This document shows, piece after piece, positions 18,432 to 28,520 of a stretch of 64,000 nucleotides of DNA. The first letter of the stretch is position 1; every line of letters begins with the position of its first letter. Source of the DNA: Bacteroidales bacterium UBA5235. Lineage in GTDB: Bacteria > Bacteroidota > Bacteroidia > Bacteroidales > VadinHA17. The notes under the pieces are model-generated. The model had not been told where the DNA came from and searched no databases. It worked only from the letters and a program-made list of their open reading frames with translations. The position numbers and the translations under genes are program-made. The stretch is from contig DHUL01000090.1 in the NCBI GenBank assembly GCA_002409145.1, positions 67,604-131,603 on the forward strand, given 5' to 3'.

Positions 18432-19859
18432 ATGATCACATCAATAGCCTGGAAGAACGTCTGGAGGAACAGGACGAGGAGCCTGACAGTCATTACCGCG
18501 GTGATGGTGGGCGTATTTGCAAGTGTTTTTGCACTGGCTGCAATCAATAGCTCCATTGTTCAGAGGATTGATTCAGCAGTTAACGAAGAGCTCTCTCACA
18601 TACAGGTTAATACGAAGGAATTTCGCAGCAGCAGTGACATACAAAACACAATTGCTGACCCGGAAGGAGTTGCTGGAACACTTCGTAATACTCCCGGGGT
18701 GACAGATGTCACCGGAAGAATTATCGTCAGAGGTATTGCCTCAGCGCCATCCGGCAGTTCCGGAGTCGAAATTACCGGCATAGACATTGAAAAGGAGAAA
18801 CAGATGTTCACCCTCTCCGGGAAACTGATTCCCGGAACCGGAAACTATTTTGGTGCAGATACGAAGCTGAACAGTGCCTTCATTGGCGAAAAACTGGCAC
18901 GGGAGCTGCAGATCATCAGGTATATCCTTACAGCAGAATCATTTAAAGCCCTCGGGGACAACGGGGTGCCATCAGCAGTCACTGACAAGCTGAAACCTCT
19001 GGAAGGCCGGCGGTTCACCACCGAAAAGAAGCTGACGGAGGCCTATAACAGCCTGCTTACACCCAGGGAAATAAAGAAGTACGGCCTCTCAATACGTGAG
19101 GCTGCCTGGTCATACCGCGAAGGCTCCAGGGTTATCCTCTCCTTCCTGGATGTCAACGGCAACCAGACCGGTGGTGCATTCCGGATCAGCGGAATCTACC
19201 GCACAAACAATGACCTTTTCGAATCAATGTCGGTCTTTGTCCCTGATAAGGAACTACGGAGGCTTACAGGCCTGGAAGAGGGTGTCTATCACCGTTTCAT
19301 TGCCAGGCTTGAGGACAATGATCTTACTGACATGGTTACGCCGGTACTGAGAGAGGCGCTTCCCGGCCTGGAGGTAATGAACTGGAAGGAGATACAGGTT
19401 GACCTTGCCATGATAGCCGATTACATAAACCAGATCTATGCAGTATTTATGGCCCTGATACTGGCGGCTCTTTCATTCGGGATCGTCAACACAATGCTTA
19501 TGGCGGTTCTTGAGCGTACCCGCGAGCTGGGAATGCTCTCGGCAGTGGGAATGAACCGGAGAAGGATTTTCCTGATGATAATGCTTGAGTCAATTTTCCT
19601 TTCCATGGTGGGAGGATTTGCCGGCATGGCGGTCAGCGGTGTTGCAATTGCCATAACCAATCATTCAGGGATTAACCTTGTCAAATACTCGGAAGGCATG
19701 GAGGCATTCGGTTATACAGCACACCTTTACCCGACAATCGGGGCCGATTTCTTCATTATCCTTACGGTTCTGATAGTGATCACGGGTATACTGTCATCTG
19801 TTTACCCTGCCCGCAAGGCTTTACAGCTCAATCCGGTGGAAGCATTAAGAGGTGAATAA
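18432..19859 (+). CDS. ABC transporter permease, FtsX/MacB/LolC type (second copy)
   Basis: 475 aa with the same topology as the preceding gene. It ends in a PARKA-type motif (VYPARKALQLNPVEALR). Confidence 0.85.
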   Translation: MITSIAWKNVWRNRTRSLTVITAVMVGVFASVFALAAINSSIVQRIDSAVNEELSHIQVNTKEFRSSSDIQNTIADPEGVAGTLRNTPGVTDVTGRIIVRGIASAPSGSSGVEITGIDIEKEKQMFTLSGKLIPGTGNYFGADTKLNSAFIGEKLARELQIIRYILTAESFKALGDNGVPSAVTDKLKPLEGRRFTTEKKLTEAYNSLLTPREIKKYGLSIREAAWSYREGSRVILSFLDVNGNQTGGAFRISGIYRTNNDLFESMSVFVPDKELRRLTGLEEGVYHRFIARLEDNDLTDMVTPVLREALPGLEVMNWKEIQVDLAMIADYINQIYAVFMALILAALSFGIVNTMLMAVLERTRELGMLSAVGMNRRRIFLMIMLESIFLSMVGGFAGMAVSGVAIAITNHSGINLVKYSEGMEAFGYTAHLYPTIGADFFIILTVLIVITGILSSVYPARKALQLNPVEALRGE

Positions 19860-19877
19860 CGAAAAAACATCATAACC

Positions 19878-20573
19878 ATGAAAGTAGTCGAGATCAACGA
19901 GGTAGAAAAAACCTACCATGATACGGAGGTGGAGGTCAGGGCTGTCAACGGAGTGACCCTGAGTTTTGAGAAGGGTGATTTTGCAGTCATTGTCGGTCCG
20001 TCAGGTTCAGGCAAGACCACCCTTTTGAATCTTATTGGCGGGCTTGACCAGCCCACTGCCGGTGAGATAATTGTGGCAGGGCACAGGCTTTCAGAGCTTA
20101 AGCCCTCGGAGCTTATTGATTTCAGGATGGAACATGTCGGGTTTGTCTTCCAGTCGTACAACCTGATACCAGTCCTTACTGCAGCTGAAAATGTCGGGTT
20201 CATCATGAGCCTTCAGAAGTGGCCGAAGGAGAAGCGTATGGCGCGGACTGGTGAGCTTCTGGAGGCGGTGGGACTCGCTGACAGGCACAACAGCAGGCCC
20301 TCCCAGCTCTCAGGCGGTCAGCAGCAGAGGGTAGCCGTGGCCCGCGCCCTCGCACCAAGGCCCGAGTTCATCCTCGCCGACGAACCAACAGCCAATCTTG
20401 ATTCAAAATCAGCAGAGACCCTGCTTGACATAATGGAGAAACTCAATCGCGAGGAGGAGATGACCTTTATCTTCTCAACACATGACGTGCGCGTTATGAA
20501 AAGGGCACGCAGGGTCATCACCCTGGAGGACGGAAAGGTGGTGTCGGATGAGAGGACAAACCACACGGTATGA
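19878..20573 (+). CDS. ABC transporter ATP-binding protein (LolD/MacB-type)
   Basis: It has Walker A GPSGSGKTT, the signature LSGGQQQRVAVARAL and Walker B ILADEPT. Confidence 0.9.
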   Translation: MKVVEINEVEKTYHDTEVEVRAVNGVTLSFEKGDFAVIVGPSGSGKTTLLNLIGGLDQPTAGEIIVAGHRLSELKPSELIDFRMEHVGFVFQSYNLIPVLTAAENVGFIMSLQKWPKEKRMARTGELLEAVGLADRHNSRPSQLSGGQQQRVAVARALAPRPEFILADEPTANLDSKSAETLLDIMEKLNREEEMTFIFSTHDVRVMKRARRVITLEDGKVVSDERTNHTV

Positions 20574-20598
20574 GTCACATCTCACTGAAGTTCATGGT

Positions 20599-21783
20599 AT
20601 GAAACGCATATTGCTGACAATGGTTTTACTGGCGTCTGTAGCGGCTGCAGGATATTCACAGGAGACTGTCACGGAGGATTCCGGGACCGGTTCCGGTAAA
20701 AGCAGCTGGCTCACCGCGGGAGGGTACGCTTCGTGGCTTCACACGGCCATGTTTGATAAACCCTCAGAGGAGTGGATCAACACGGGGATGCTGCACAACC
20801 GGCTCAACTTCAAGGCCTATGCCGGCAATAAGGTAACTTTCGCCCTTGAACTGCGCAACCGGTTTGTGACAGGAGACATGAATGACCTGGATCCGGGATA
20901 TGTGAGCAGCCTCTCGGCCGATGAAGGCTGGGCTGATCTCTCATGGAATATCTCCGCGGGCAGCTCCTACGTTCTTAACACAATGATTGACAGGGCTTAT
21001 ATTGATTTCACCGCGGGGCAGCTGCAGGTAAGGGCAGGACGGCAGCGCATAAACTGGAGCCAGGCTCTCATATGGAATCCCAATGATCTGTTCAACACCT
21101 ATTCATTTTTTGATTTCGACTATATTGAAAGACCGGGAAGTGATGCTCTGCGGATAGTATACTCCACTGGTCCATCATCTGCAGTTGAGGCTGCGGTGAA
21201 GATTGACGGAAACAGCCGGGTCACCGCTGCAGCACTCGGGCGGTTCAGTCTCCTGAATACTGACCTGCAGCTTCTTGCCGGGGTGACTGATGATGAGTAT
21301 TTCACTGCCGGTACCGGGTGGTCAGGCGCTATCGGCCCGGTATCTGTCAGGGGAGAGGCAACGCTTTTCTCTCCTTTTAAATCTGCTGATGCGGAGAAAA
21401 GCAACTTCATTGCCACGGTGGGCATAGACAAAGCCTTCTCTGACAAGGTTACGGCGCTGGCGCAGTTGATGTACTCAACACATCCCCTCGACCTGGGTGG
21501 TTTCACGGAGCTGTACAGCGGAGGTCTGACCGCCAGGCAGCTTGCCTTTTCAAAATTCAGCGCTGCAGTGCAGCTTATATATTCCCCCCAACCTCTTGTA
21601 AACATCTCGCTTTCAGCAATATGGTATCCCGACCTTGACGGTTTTTATGCCGGTCCTTCTGCTGACTTCTCACTGGCAGAAAATGTTGATTTCTCAATAC
21701 TCTGGCAGCACTTCAGCAGCACTTTTGGTGAGGAGAGGACCCGTATCAACCTCGCTTTCATCCGGATCAGGTTTAGTTTCTGA
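20599..21783 (+). CDS. Putative outer-membrane beta-barrel protein of unknown family
   Basis: The start was moved to MKRILLTMVLLASVAAAGYSQ, a clean signal peptide. The protein has alternating beta patterning and ends in a terminal aromatic residue (IRIRFSF). Confidence 0.6.
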   Translation: MKRILLTMVLLASVAAAGYSQETVTEDSGTGSGKSSWLTAGGYASWLHTAMFDKPSEEWINTGMLHNRLNFKAYAGNKVTFALELRNRFVTGDMNDLDPGYVSSLSADEGWADLSWNISAGSSYVLNTMIDRAYIDFTAGQLQVRAGRQRINWSQALIWNPNDLFNTYSFFDFDYIERPGSDALRIVYSTGPSSAVEAAVKIDGNSRVTAAALGRFSLLNTDLQLLAGVTDDEYFTAGTGWSGAIGPVSVRGEATLFSPFKSADAEKSNFIATVGIDKAFSDKVTALAQLMYSTHPLDLGGFTELYSGGLTARQLAFSKFSAAVQLIYSPQPLVNISLSAIWYPDLDGFYAGPSADFSLAENVDFSILWQHFSSTFGEERTRINLAFIRIRFSF

Positions 21784-21816
21784 AATTTTCATACTTTTAC
21801 GGGCAAAACCGAGAGT

Positions 21817-22551
21817 ATGTCACTTGTCCATGAGCTTGAGAAATCCGGTAACTGGCTGTTCAGAAGAAGGAGCTGGCTGCCGGCGACAATACTGGTTCCA
21901 ATTGCGGTATATCTTTTCATAGCCAACCGCAGCGTAATCTACTTCAACTATACCTGGGAGGTACTGTGCATTCTCATATCTGTTGCCGGGGAGTTGCTGC
22001 GTGCCTACACGGTGGGCTATGTGCCCAAGAACACCTCGGGGCGCAACGTACTTGATCAGCTTGGTGACAGTCTGAACACATCCGGAATCTATTCAGTCAT
22101 GCGTCATCCCCTCTATGCAGGCAATTTTCTGATGTGGCTGGGACCGGTGCTTTTCCTCAGGTCGGTATGGTGGGTGCTGGTTTTTATCCTGGCCTACTGG
22201 CTTTATTATGAGCGGATCATCTTTGCAGAGGAGCAATACCTTCGCCGTAAGTTCGGTGAAGCATATGATACCTGGGCTTTCAGGGTAAAGGCTGTGATTC
22301 CTTCATTCAGGCATTACAAAAAGCCGGAGCTCCCATTCTCATTAAGGAATGTTCTTAAGCGTGAATATCACAGCATCACAAACCTTTTCCTCGTATTTGC
22401 ATTCCTTGACCTGTGCAGGAATCTTGCCATAACCGGAAGGATTTACCTTGAGCCTCTGTATATCACCATGCTGATTGCGGCCCTGATCTTCTGGGCTATC
22501 ATCAGGTACCTGGTAAAGAGAACGAAGTTCCTTTACGTGGAAGGCAGATGA
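21817..22551 (+). CDS. Isoprenylcysteine carboxyl methyltransferase-like (ICMT/PEMT family) membrane protein
   Basis: It is multi-TM and carries the motif GIYSVMRHPLYAGNFLMWLG, typical of this family. Confidence 0.7.
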   Translation: MSLVHELEKSGNWLFRRRSWLPATILVPIAVYLFIANRSVIYFNYTWEVLCILISVAGELLRAYTVGYVPKNTSGRNVLDQLGDSLNTSGIYSVMRHPLYAGNFLMWLGPVLFLRSVWWVLVFILAYWLYYERIIFAEEQYLRRKFGEAYDTWAFRVKAVIPSFRHYKKPELPFSLRNVLKREYHSITNLFLVFAFLDLCRNLAITGRIYLEPLYITMLIAALIFWAIIRYLVKRTKFLYVEGR

Positions 22552-22579
22552 CCTCCCGGCGTTGTGTTCACAGAGATTA

Positions 22580-23284
22580 TTACCTGTCCCTTGCTCCCAG
22601 GAACAGCATTATATAATATACCAGTGTGGCGAGTGAGCCAAGGGCTGCGATTACATACGTATAAGCGGCCCATTTGAGTGCATCCTCAGCCTTGTCATGC
22701 GTTCCTGAGTAGGTTATGCCTGCATTTGAAAGCCATGCCAGTGCCCTCTTTGATGCGTTGATCTCAACCGGGAGGGTGATAAAGCTGAAAAGTGTGGTTA
22801 TGGCAAATAGCACTATTCCTATAAGCAGAATCTCGGGCCTGGAGTTGAGCAGAACAAGTCCTGCGATAAGCACCCATTGTATCCAGTTGGATGCGAAGCT
22901 GACCACCGGGGCAAGCTTTGATCTCATCCCCAGCCATGCATAAGACTGTGCATGCTGAAGGGCGTGACCTGTTTCATGTGCCGCCACTGCGGCAGCTGCC
23001 ACGCTGGTTCCCGAATACACCTCACGGCTGAGGTTGATGGTCTTTTTGAGCGGATTATAATGATCTGTCAGCTCACCCGCAACGCTGTGAACGGTAACGT
23101 CTGTAACGCCGCTCTCACGAAGCATCTTTTCCGCTACATCACGACCCGTCATGCCTGATGCGATGGGTACCTTCGAATAGGCTCTGAATTTTGATTTGAG
23201 CCTGGCGCTGACAACCCAGCTCAATACCATGAAAACTATGAATATTATCCAGTATGTACCGTTGTGCAAAAACATTGTTTCCAT
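22580..23284 (-). CDS. Putative neutral zinc metallopeptidase (Zn_peptidase_2 family membrane protein)
   Basis: It has an N-terminal TM segment, the HExxH motif HETGHALQH and C-terminal TM segments. Confidence 0.75.
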   Translation of the reverse strand: METMFLHNGTYWIIFIVFMVLSWVVSARLKSKFRAYSKVPIASGMTGRDVAEKMLRESGVTDVTVHSVAGELTDHYNPLKKTINLSREVYSGTSVAAAAVAAHETGHALQHAQSYAWLGMRSKLAPVVSFASNWIQWVLIAGLVLLNSRPEILLIGIVLFAITTLFSFITLPVEINASKRALAWLSNAGITYSGTHDKAEDALKWAAYTYVIAALGSLATLVYYIMLFLGARDR

Positions 23285-23395
23285 CAGTAAAAAATAGTTT
23301 AAGTTTCTTCATTCTTCAACAAAACGCCTGCCATCCCTGATAAGTTCTGAAAAGAGGCCATTTTGTCATGCCGAATCAGCTTATCTTTGGAGGCA

Positions 23396-23710
23396 ATGAT
23401 GAAGAGTGCGGCAAAGATATTATCTTTTGTGTTCCTCCTGCCGGTATGGTTTTACAGGTGGTTTATTTCGCCCTGGACACCTGCATCATGCCGTCATGTC
23501 CCAACCTGTTCGCAGTATGCCATTGATGCACTGAGATTGCACGGGCCATTTACAGGGATAATTCTTGCAACAGGCAGGATACTTCGCTGCAGACCTGGAG
23601 GGACTCACGGCTATGATCCGGTTCCAAAGTTCATCTTCAGGAGATACCCGGATGGAGGATCGCCCCTGCGAAGAGCCCCCAGGTGCAGCAGGCTGAAGGA
23701 TCACGACTAG
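23396..23710 (+). CDS. yidD: Membrane protein insertion efficiency factor YidD
   Basis: [19 protein letters not shown] and [17 protein letters not shown] are YidD motifs. I chose the ATG at 23396 over the TTG at 23363. The basic C-terminal extension is unusually long. Confidence 0.8.
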   Translation: MMKSAAKILSFVFLLPVWFYRWFISPWTPASCRHVPTCSQYAIDALRLHGPFTGIILATGRILRCRPGGTHGYDPVPKFIFRRYPDGGSPLRRAPRCSRLKDHD

Positions 23711-24459
23711 AAGGAGAGTCTCTCCCTGAGCATCTTGTAACCGGCACGGCTTACCGGGATCTTCTCACCTGATCTGAGGATAGCCACATAGTTATCTTTG
23801 CTGTAGGGCTCCAGGCGGGAGATCTGTTCCACGTTGACAATGAATGACCTGTGCACTCTCATGAAAAGGCCGGGAGGCAGGTGGTCCTCGTAGTACTTCA
23901 TGGTCTTGGGCTTGAGTGCCTTCCCCTCGTTGTAATAGATCATCACATAATCATCCTCGGCCGCCAGGTAATAGACATTGTTGAGAGGAATGATCTTTAT
24001 TCCTGCCCCCTTTCTGAAGACTATCCTGGTGAGGAAACCCTCAGCTTCAGAGGCTGAGGCAACCAGTTTATCAATTTTCTCATCCTCAGGCGTCTCTTTC
24101 TCCAGCCGGCCCAGCGCCTTGGCAAGGGCATCATCAAACCTCTCCTTTGAAAAAGGCTTGAGGAGGTAGTCTACGGCATTCAGCTCAAAGGCTCTGATGG
24201 CGTACTGGTCAAAAGCGGTAGCGAATATCACCTCCGGCTTTTCGTCTATTACCTCCAACAGCTCGAAGCCTGTCAGCTTGGGCATCTGTATATCAAGGAA
24301 GATCAGGTCAGGTTTCTTTTCCTTTATCTCCCTGGCCCCGCAAAAGCCGTCTCCGCATTCACCTACTATCTCTACCTCGGGATGGTCGGTGAGCATAAAT
24401 TTGATCAGCTCCCTTGCCGGAGCCTCGTCTTCAATGATCAGGGCTCTGATTTTTTTCAT
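23707..24459 (-). CDS. LytR/AlgR (LytTR) family response regulator
   Basis: It has a receiver domain ([13 protein letters not shown]) and a C-terminal LytTR DNA-binding domain ([11 protein letters not shown]). Confidence 0.9.
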   Translation of the reverse strand: MKKIRALIIEDEAPARELIKFMLTDHPEVEIVGECGDGFCGAREIKEKKPDLIFLDIQMPKLTGFELLEVIDEKPEVIFATAFDQYAIRAFELNAVDYLLKPFSKERFDDALAKALGRLEKETPEDEKIDKLVASASEAEGFLTRIVFRKGAGIKIIPLNNVYYLAAEDDYVMIYYNEGKALKPKTMKYYEDHLPPGLFMRVHRSFIVNVEQISRLEPYSKDNYVAILRSGEKIPVSRAGYKMLRERLSF

Positions 24460-24478
24460 CTTCTTGTTATACTTTTTA

Positions 24479-25537
24479 TCATGATTTCCGGAAAGGAAAC
24501 CTTACAATCACCGTGAAGCTGTCATCCTGGTGATTAACTGTAAGGTCAGCCTTGTCACCGAAGAAGAGCTCAAGCCTGCTGCTGACATTCTTAAGGCCTA
24601 TACCTGCCCCCTTCCTGGTTACAACAGAGTCAGTGTCAACGTTGTTTGTAACCGTTATTAGCACCATATCATTTACCTTCCTTGCGGTTGTCTTGATTGT
24701 AACCTCCTCGGTCGACTCATAAACACCGTGTTTTATTGCGTTTTCATAGAGTGGCTGGAGGAGCATTCCCGGCATCAGTGCCGGCAGGCATTCCGGGCTG
24801 ATATCCTCCGCAATGCTGAGCCTGTCACCGAACCTCACCTTTTCGATCTGCAGGTAAAGTCTGAGGCTCTCCATCTCATTCCTGAGGGTCACCGGTTGTT
24901 CATTCCTGGATGAGAGCGAATAACGCATGAAGTCAGAAAGCTTTACTATCATGTCACGGGCCTTCAGCGGATTTGTCACTGTGAGTGAGCTGACGGAATT
25001 GAGACTGTTGAAGAGGAAGTGCGGATTTATCTGTGACCGGAGCATCTTCAGTTCACCATCGCGCACCTGGGCTTCAAGCTGGGCCTGCCGTGCCACCTTT
25101 TCAGCCAGCCTTGATGCGCTCAGGAACAGGTAGTACACAAGTATCATCACGAAGAAGACCAGCACCCCGGCCGTAGACCTGAAAACCAGGACGGAATGCC
25201 AGAAGATGTCATAATCCACCTTCTCGGCAACGATCATCCTTACGATGAACTTTGTCCCGAAAAGCCATGCAAGAATCGTCAGTGAACCGGTGAGCAGAAC
25301 GTTTACCACCGTTGTATAGATCTGGTTATCCTCCTTCAGGAGGAACCTTACCGGGAACCAGACAGCCAGTCCCAGCAGGCCGAAAATAACCATGGAAACA
25401 GCTCCGTCGGCAATTGCCACATCCACAGTGCATCCATAGCCAAAATGAATAAGCAATGACTGGCCTGCTGCCAGAATCAGCCAGGCCAGCCACCACACAA
25501 GGAGCCTCGTTCTGTTTTCCAGTAACGGATGCTTCAT
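24479..25537 (-). CDS. LytS-type sensor histidine kinase
   Basis: It has five or so N-terminal TM segments, the H-box QINPHFLFNSLNSV (His_kinase family) and a C-terminal ATPase domain. Confidence 0.85.
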   Translation of the reverse strand: MKHPLLENRTRLLVWWLAWLILAAGQSLLIHFGYGCTVDVAIADGAVSMVIFGLLGLAVWFPVRFLLKEDNQIYTTVVNVLLTGSLTILAWLFGTKFIVRMIVAEKVDYDIFWHSVLVFRSTAGVLVFFVMILVYYLFLSASRLAEKVARQAQLEAQVRDGELKMLRSQINPHFLFNSLNSVSSLTVTNPLKARDMIVKLSDFMRYSLSSRNEQPVTLRNEMESLRLYLQIEKVRFGDRLSIAEDISPECLPALMPGMLLQPLYENAIKHGVYESTEEVTIKTTARKVNDMVLITVTNNVDTDSVVTRKGAGIGLKNVSSRLELFFGDKADLTVNHQDDSFTVIVRFPFRKS

Positions 25538-25540
25538 ATA

Positions 25541-26281
25541 TTATTTGTAACTCTTGATTTCTCCCCCTCCGAATATCACTGTACCCCTTATGGTGAGTGA
25601 CCTTGTATTGTCCCTGATGACATCACCCCTCATCTTCCTGCTGTCAGAAAATCCCCCGAGGATGGGTGTGACCTCAATCACAACGTTCCAGCTTTCAGGG
25701 ACAATGATTGTTGTTCCCCCGAAGATACAGGTAATTTCAACTACATTGTCTCCGGGTGCGAGTGATGAGCGGGTCAGGTCAACCTCTCCGCCTCCGAAGA
25801 TGGCGGTGATCTTGCCGCCCCGGAAATTGTCGGTGATGAGTTGCCGTTCAGCTCCGCTGAAGATATTTACAATATCAATGTAGTCTGCTTTGTTGACAGT
25901 TGAAAAGTCGAGCTTCTTCACCAGTCGCTTCGAATTCACCAGGAGCACCACGCCGATCACGATGAAGAGCGCAGGCCAGAAGAAGTTGAATGACCTGAAG
26001 AAGTCTGTGAAGAGTTCCGGGATCAGGAAGAATCCTCCTACAGAGATCATTACTATGCCTGGAGTCTTGTTGTCTGATCCGGTGAGGGCAATGACGCCTA
26101 TCACTATCAGCAGCATCTGCCAGCTGAAGATGATGTCATCAATGAAGTGGTCAAGGGGTTCCGGCAGCATAGTCGTTTTCTTGACAATGAGGATCAGTCC
26201 GGCGATGATCAGCAGCACCCCTATGATGAACCTGTTCGAGGTTTCCGGGTTTCTTGCCGGCTTTTTAAATTCGTTTTCCAT
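25541..26281 (-). CDS. LiaF-like membrane protein (TM segments plus C-terminal repetitive beta domain)
   Basis: Four TM segments are followed by repeated GG-containing strands (IFGGGEVDL, CIFGGTTIIV, VIFGGGEIK), as in LiaF/DUF2154-type domains. Confidence 0.6.
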   Translation of the reverse strand: MENEFKKPARNPETSNRFIIGVLLIIAGLILIVKKTTMLPEPLDHFIDDIIFSWQMLLIVIGVIALTGSDNKTPGIVMISVGGFFLIPELFTDFFRSFNFFWPALFIVIGVVLLVNSKRLVKKLDFSTVNKADYIDIVNIFSGAERQLITDNFRGGKITAIFGGGEVDLTRSSLAPGDNVVEITCIFGGTTIIVPESWNVVIEVTPILGGFSDSRKMRGDVIRDNTRSLTIRGTVIFGGGEIKSYK

Positions 26282-26306
26282 TGGTACAGATTATTAGATG
26301 ATACTA

Positions 26307-26642
26307 TTATTTGCAACTTTTTTTAAGTGGTTTTAACATGAAAGCCACTCCGCAGAGTACCAGCACAGACGGCCAGTAGATCTTTTTGTAGGGTTCGGTG
26401 AGTTGTATGGCCATTTCCGGCATGAGAAACCAGAATCCTATTGCGAAGAGTATCACAGATGACACAAGTTCGAGGTTGATCAGTGACCACAGCCCGAAGA
26501 AGATGATCAGCATCTGCCATTTGAAATAGTCAGGAATATCTCCCAGCCCGAGAAGGTCAAGCTTTGCAACAATCATAATCAGTCCCAGGGATATCAGGAA
26601 CTTTGCAATACCTGCGAACGGGTTACCGTGATTCTCTTTCAT
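26307..26642 (-). CDS. Small integral membrane protein (LiaI/LiaF-TM-like)
   Basis: 111 aa with four predicted TM segments. It is the first gene of the minus-strand operon ending with the LytTR regulator. Confidence 0.55.
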   Translation of the reverse strand: MKENHGNPFAGIAKFLISLGLIMIVAKLDLLGLGDIPDYFKWQMLIIFFGLWSLINLELVSSVILFAIGFWFLMPEMAIQLTEPYKKIYWPSVLVLCGVAFMLKPLKKSCK

Positions 26643-26796
26643 AGCGGTTGCATTGATTTACGCCCCAAAAATATTAATGTTAATGCAACCCGTAACACTC
26701 ATTTCCGGCGGGGAGCGGATATACATCGGTGAACAGCGAATGAAACAGGGGGTGTTACTTTTTTGTTCATAATTTTTTTTATTGGAAGAGGATTTA

Positions 26797-26804
26797 TAAT
26801 TTTG
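26797..26804 (+). promoter_or_regulatory. Bacteroidota-type -7 box upstream of yceD-rpmF-plsX-fabH
   Basis: TAATTTTG is an exact TAnnTTTG match 20 nt upstream of the ATG at 26824. No clear -33 TTTG is present at the expected spacing. Confidence 0.4.
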
Positions 26805-26823
26805 CAGACCGAAAAAAAGGGAG

Positions 26824-27345
26824 ATGCCCGGATTGTATTCCATACCGCTTGCGGGACTTAAGGAGACCAGATATACCTATGAATTCAAGATAGGGAACGA
26901 CTTCTTCGGGTCATTTGAGATGTCTGAGATAAAGAGGGGAGAATTGCATGCGGTTGTGGTGCTTCAGAAATGTTCGGCTCATATAGAGCTTGACATAGTC
27001 ATCAACGGGAAGGCCGAGGTGATGTGTGACAGATGTCTTGAGGCCTTTTACATGCCAGTCTCAACCGCCAACAGGCTTTTTATAAGGCAGGGGAGGGAGT
27101 GGGAAGAATCTGATCCGGACATGATTACAATGCCGCTGGATGAACATGAAATAGATCTGAGTCAGTTTTTCTATGAATACATCCACCTGGCGTTACCTAT
27201 TAAGCGCATTCATCCTGATGATGCGGATGGCAACAGTACCTGCAATCCGGATATGATCAGGAAACTTGGTGATCTCCTGGTTCACGGTGAGGAAAAAACC
27301 GATCCGCGCTGGGATGATCTGAAAAAACTGACAGGGAATAATTAA
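26824..27345 (+). CDS. YceD/DUF177 family protein
   Basis: 173 aa with a CDRC motif, in the conserved position immediately upstream of rpmF. Confidence 0.75.
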   Translation: MPGLYSIPLAGLKETRYTYEFKIGNDFFGSFEMSEIKRGELHAVVVLQKCSAHIELDIVINGKAEVMCDRCLEAFYMPVSTANRLFIRQGREWEESDPDMITMPLDEHEIDLSQFFYEYIHLALPIKRIHPDDADGNSTCNPDMIRKLGDLLVHGEEKTDPRWDDLKKLTGNN

Positions 27346-27362
27346 CTCAATTCATTACTGCG

Positions 27363-27548
27363 ATGCCAAATCCAAAACACAGACACTCCAGCACCAGGAG
27401 AGACAAGAGGAGAACACACTACAAGGCTGTGGCTCCTACTACAGCTGCATGCACGAACTGCGGATCGGCCCATCTCTACCACAGGGTATGCCCCGAGTGC
27501 GGATACTACAGGGGGAAGCTTGCCGTTGAGAAGAAGACGACGGCCTGA
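27363..27548 (+). CDS. rpmF: 50S ribosomal protein L32
   Basis: 61 aa. It starts MPNPKHRHSSTRRDKRR and has the zinc ribbon CTNCG...CPECG. Confidence 0.9.
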   Translation: MPNPKHRHSSTRRDKRRTHYKAVAPTTAACTNCGSAHLYHRVCPECGYYRGKLAVEKKTTA

Positions 27549-27575
27549 CCGGCTTCCGTTCAAAAAATCTGAACG

Positions 27576-28520
27576 ATGAAGATAGGTCTTGATGCAATGG
27601 GAGGTGATTATGCTCCCAATGCTGTCGTCGAGGGAGCATTTGATGCACTCGGGCAGCTGCCGTCAGGGGACCGGATTGTGCTTATCGGTGACAATGACCG
27701 GATAAGGAAGAAGCTTGCATTGCTTGATGCAGATCCTTCTCTTTTTGAGATTTTGCCGACCTCGCAGGTGATTGAGATGTCAGACCATCCTGCCAAGGCG
27801 TTCTCGCAGAAGCGGGATTCATCTATCGCAGTGGGATTTGGAATGCTCAAGAGTGGCCTTATTGACGGATTTGCAAGCGCAGGGAATACCGGTGCAATGA
27901 TGGTGGGAGCAAGTTATACCGTGAACGTCATACCAGGCGTGTACAGGCCGGCACTCGCAGCACTCATACCAAACGTCAACGGGAAATCATCAATCATACT
28001 TGATGTGGGAATCAATCCTGACAGCAAACCTGACGTATTACTCCAGTACGGGATGCTTGGAACTATTTACGCAAAGCATGTACTTGGCATAAAGGAGCCC
28101 ACGGTAGGCCTCCTCAATATTGGAAAGGAGGAAGCCAAGGGATCTGCCGCAGTGAAAGCTGCACATGAACTTCTGAATGAAAACAATGAGGTTTCATTCA
28201 GAGGCAATATCGAAGGCCACCACCTCTTCACCGAGGAGATGACAGATGTAATAGTGTGCGACGGATTCGTGGGGAACGTGGTTCTTAAAATGGCTGAAAA
28301 ATTTTATGTTATTGCAAGGTCGAAAGGCATCATTGACAACTTTTTTGACAGGCTCAATTTCGAAGTGGTGGGGGGTACGCCGGTTCTTGGCATAAATGAA
28401 AATGTAGTGGTCGGACACGGAATATCAAACCGTACGGCTATAATGAACATGGTACTCCAGACCCGCGATGTGGTGCATGCAGATCTTGCAGGAAAGATCA
28501 GGGAAGCATTCGGAGCATGA
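27576..28520 (+). CDS. plsX: Phosphate acyltransferase PlsX
   Basis: 314 aa. It starts [14 protein letters not shown] and has the motifs SAGNTGA and [12 protein letters not shown]. Confidence 0.9.
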   Translation: MKIGLDAMGGDYAPNAVVEGAFDALGQLPSGDRIVLIGDNDRIRKKLALLDADPSLFEILPTSQVIEMSDHPAKAFSQKRDSSIAVGFGMLKSGLIDGFASAGNTGAMMVGASYTVNVIPGVYRPALAALIPNVNGKSSIILDVGINPDSKPDVLLQYGMLGTIYAKHVLGIKEPTVGLLNIGKEEAKGSAAVKAAHELLNENNEVSFRGNIEGHHLFTEEMTDVIVCDGFVGNVVLKMAEKFYVIARSKGIIDNFFDRLNFEVVGGTPVLGINENVVVGHGISNRTAIMNMVLQTRDVVHADLAGKIREAFGA

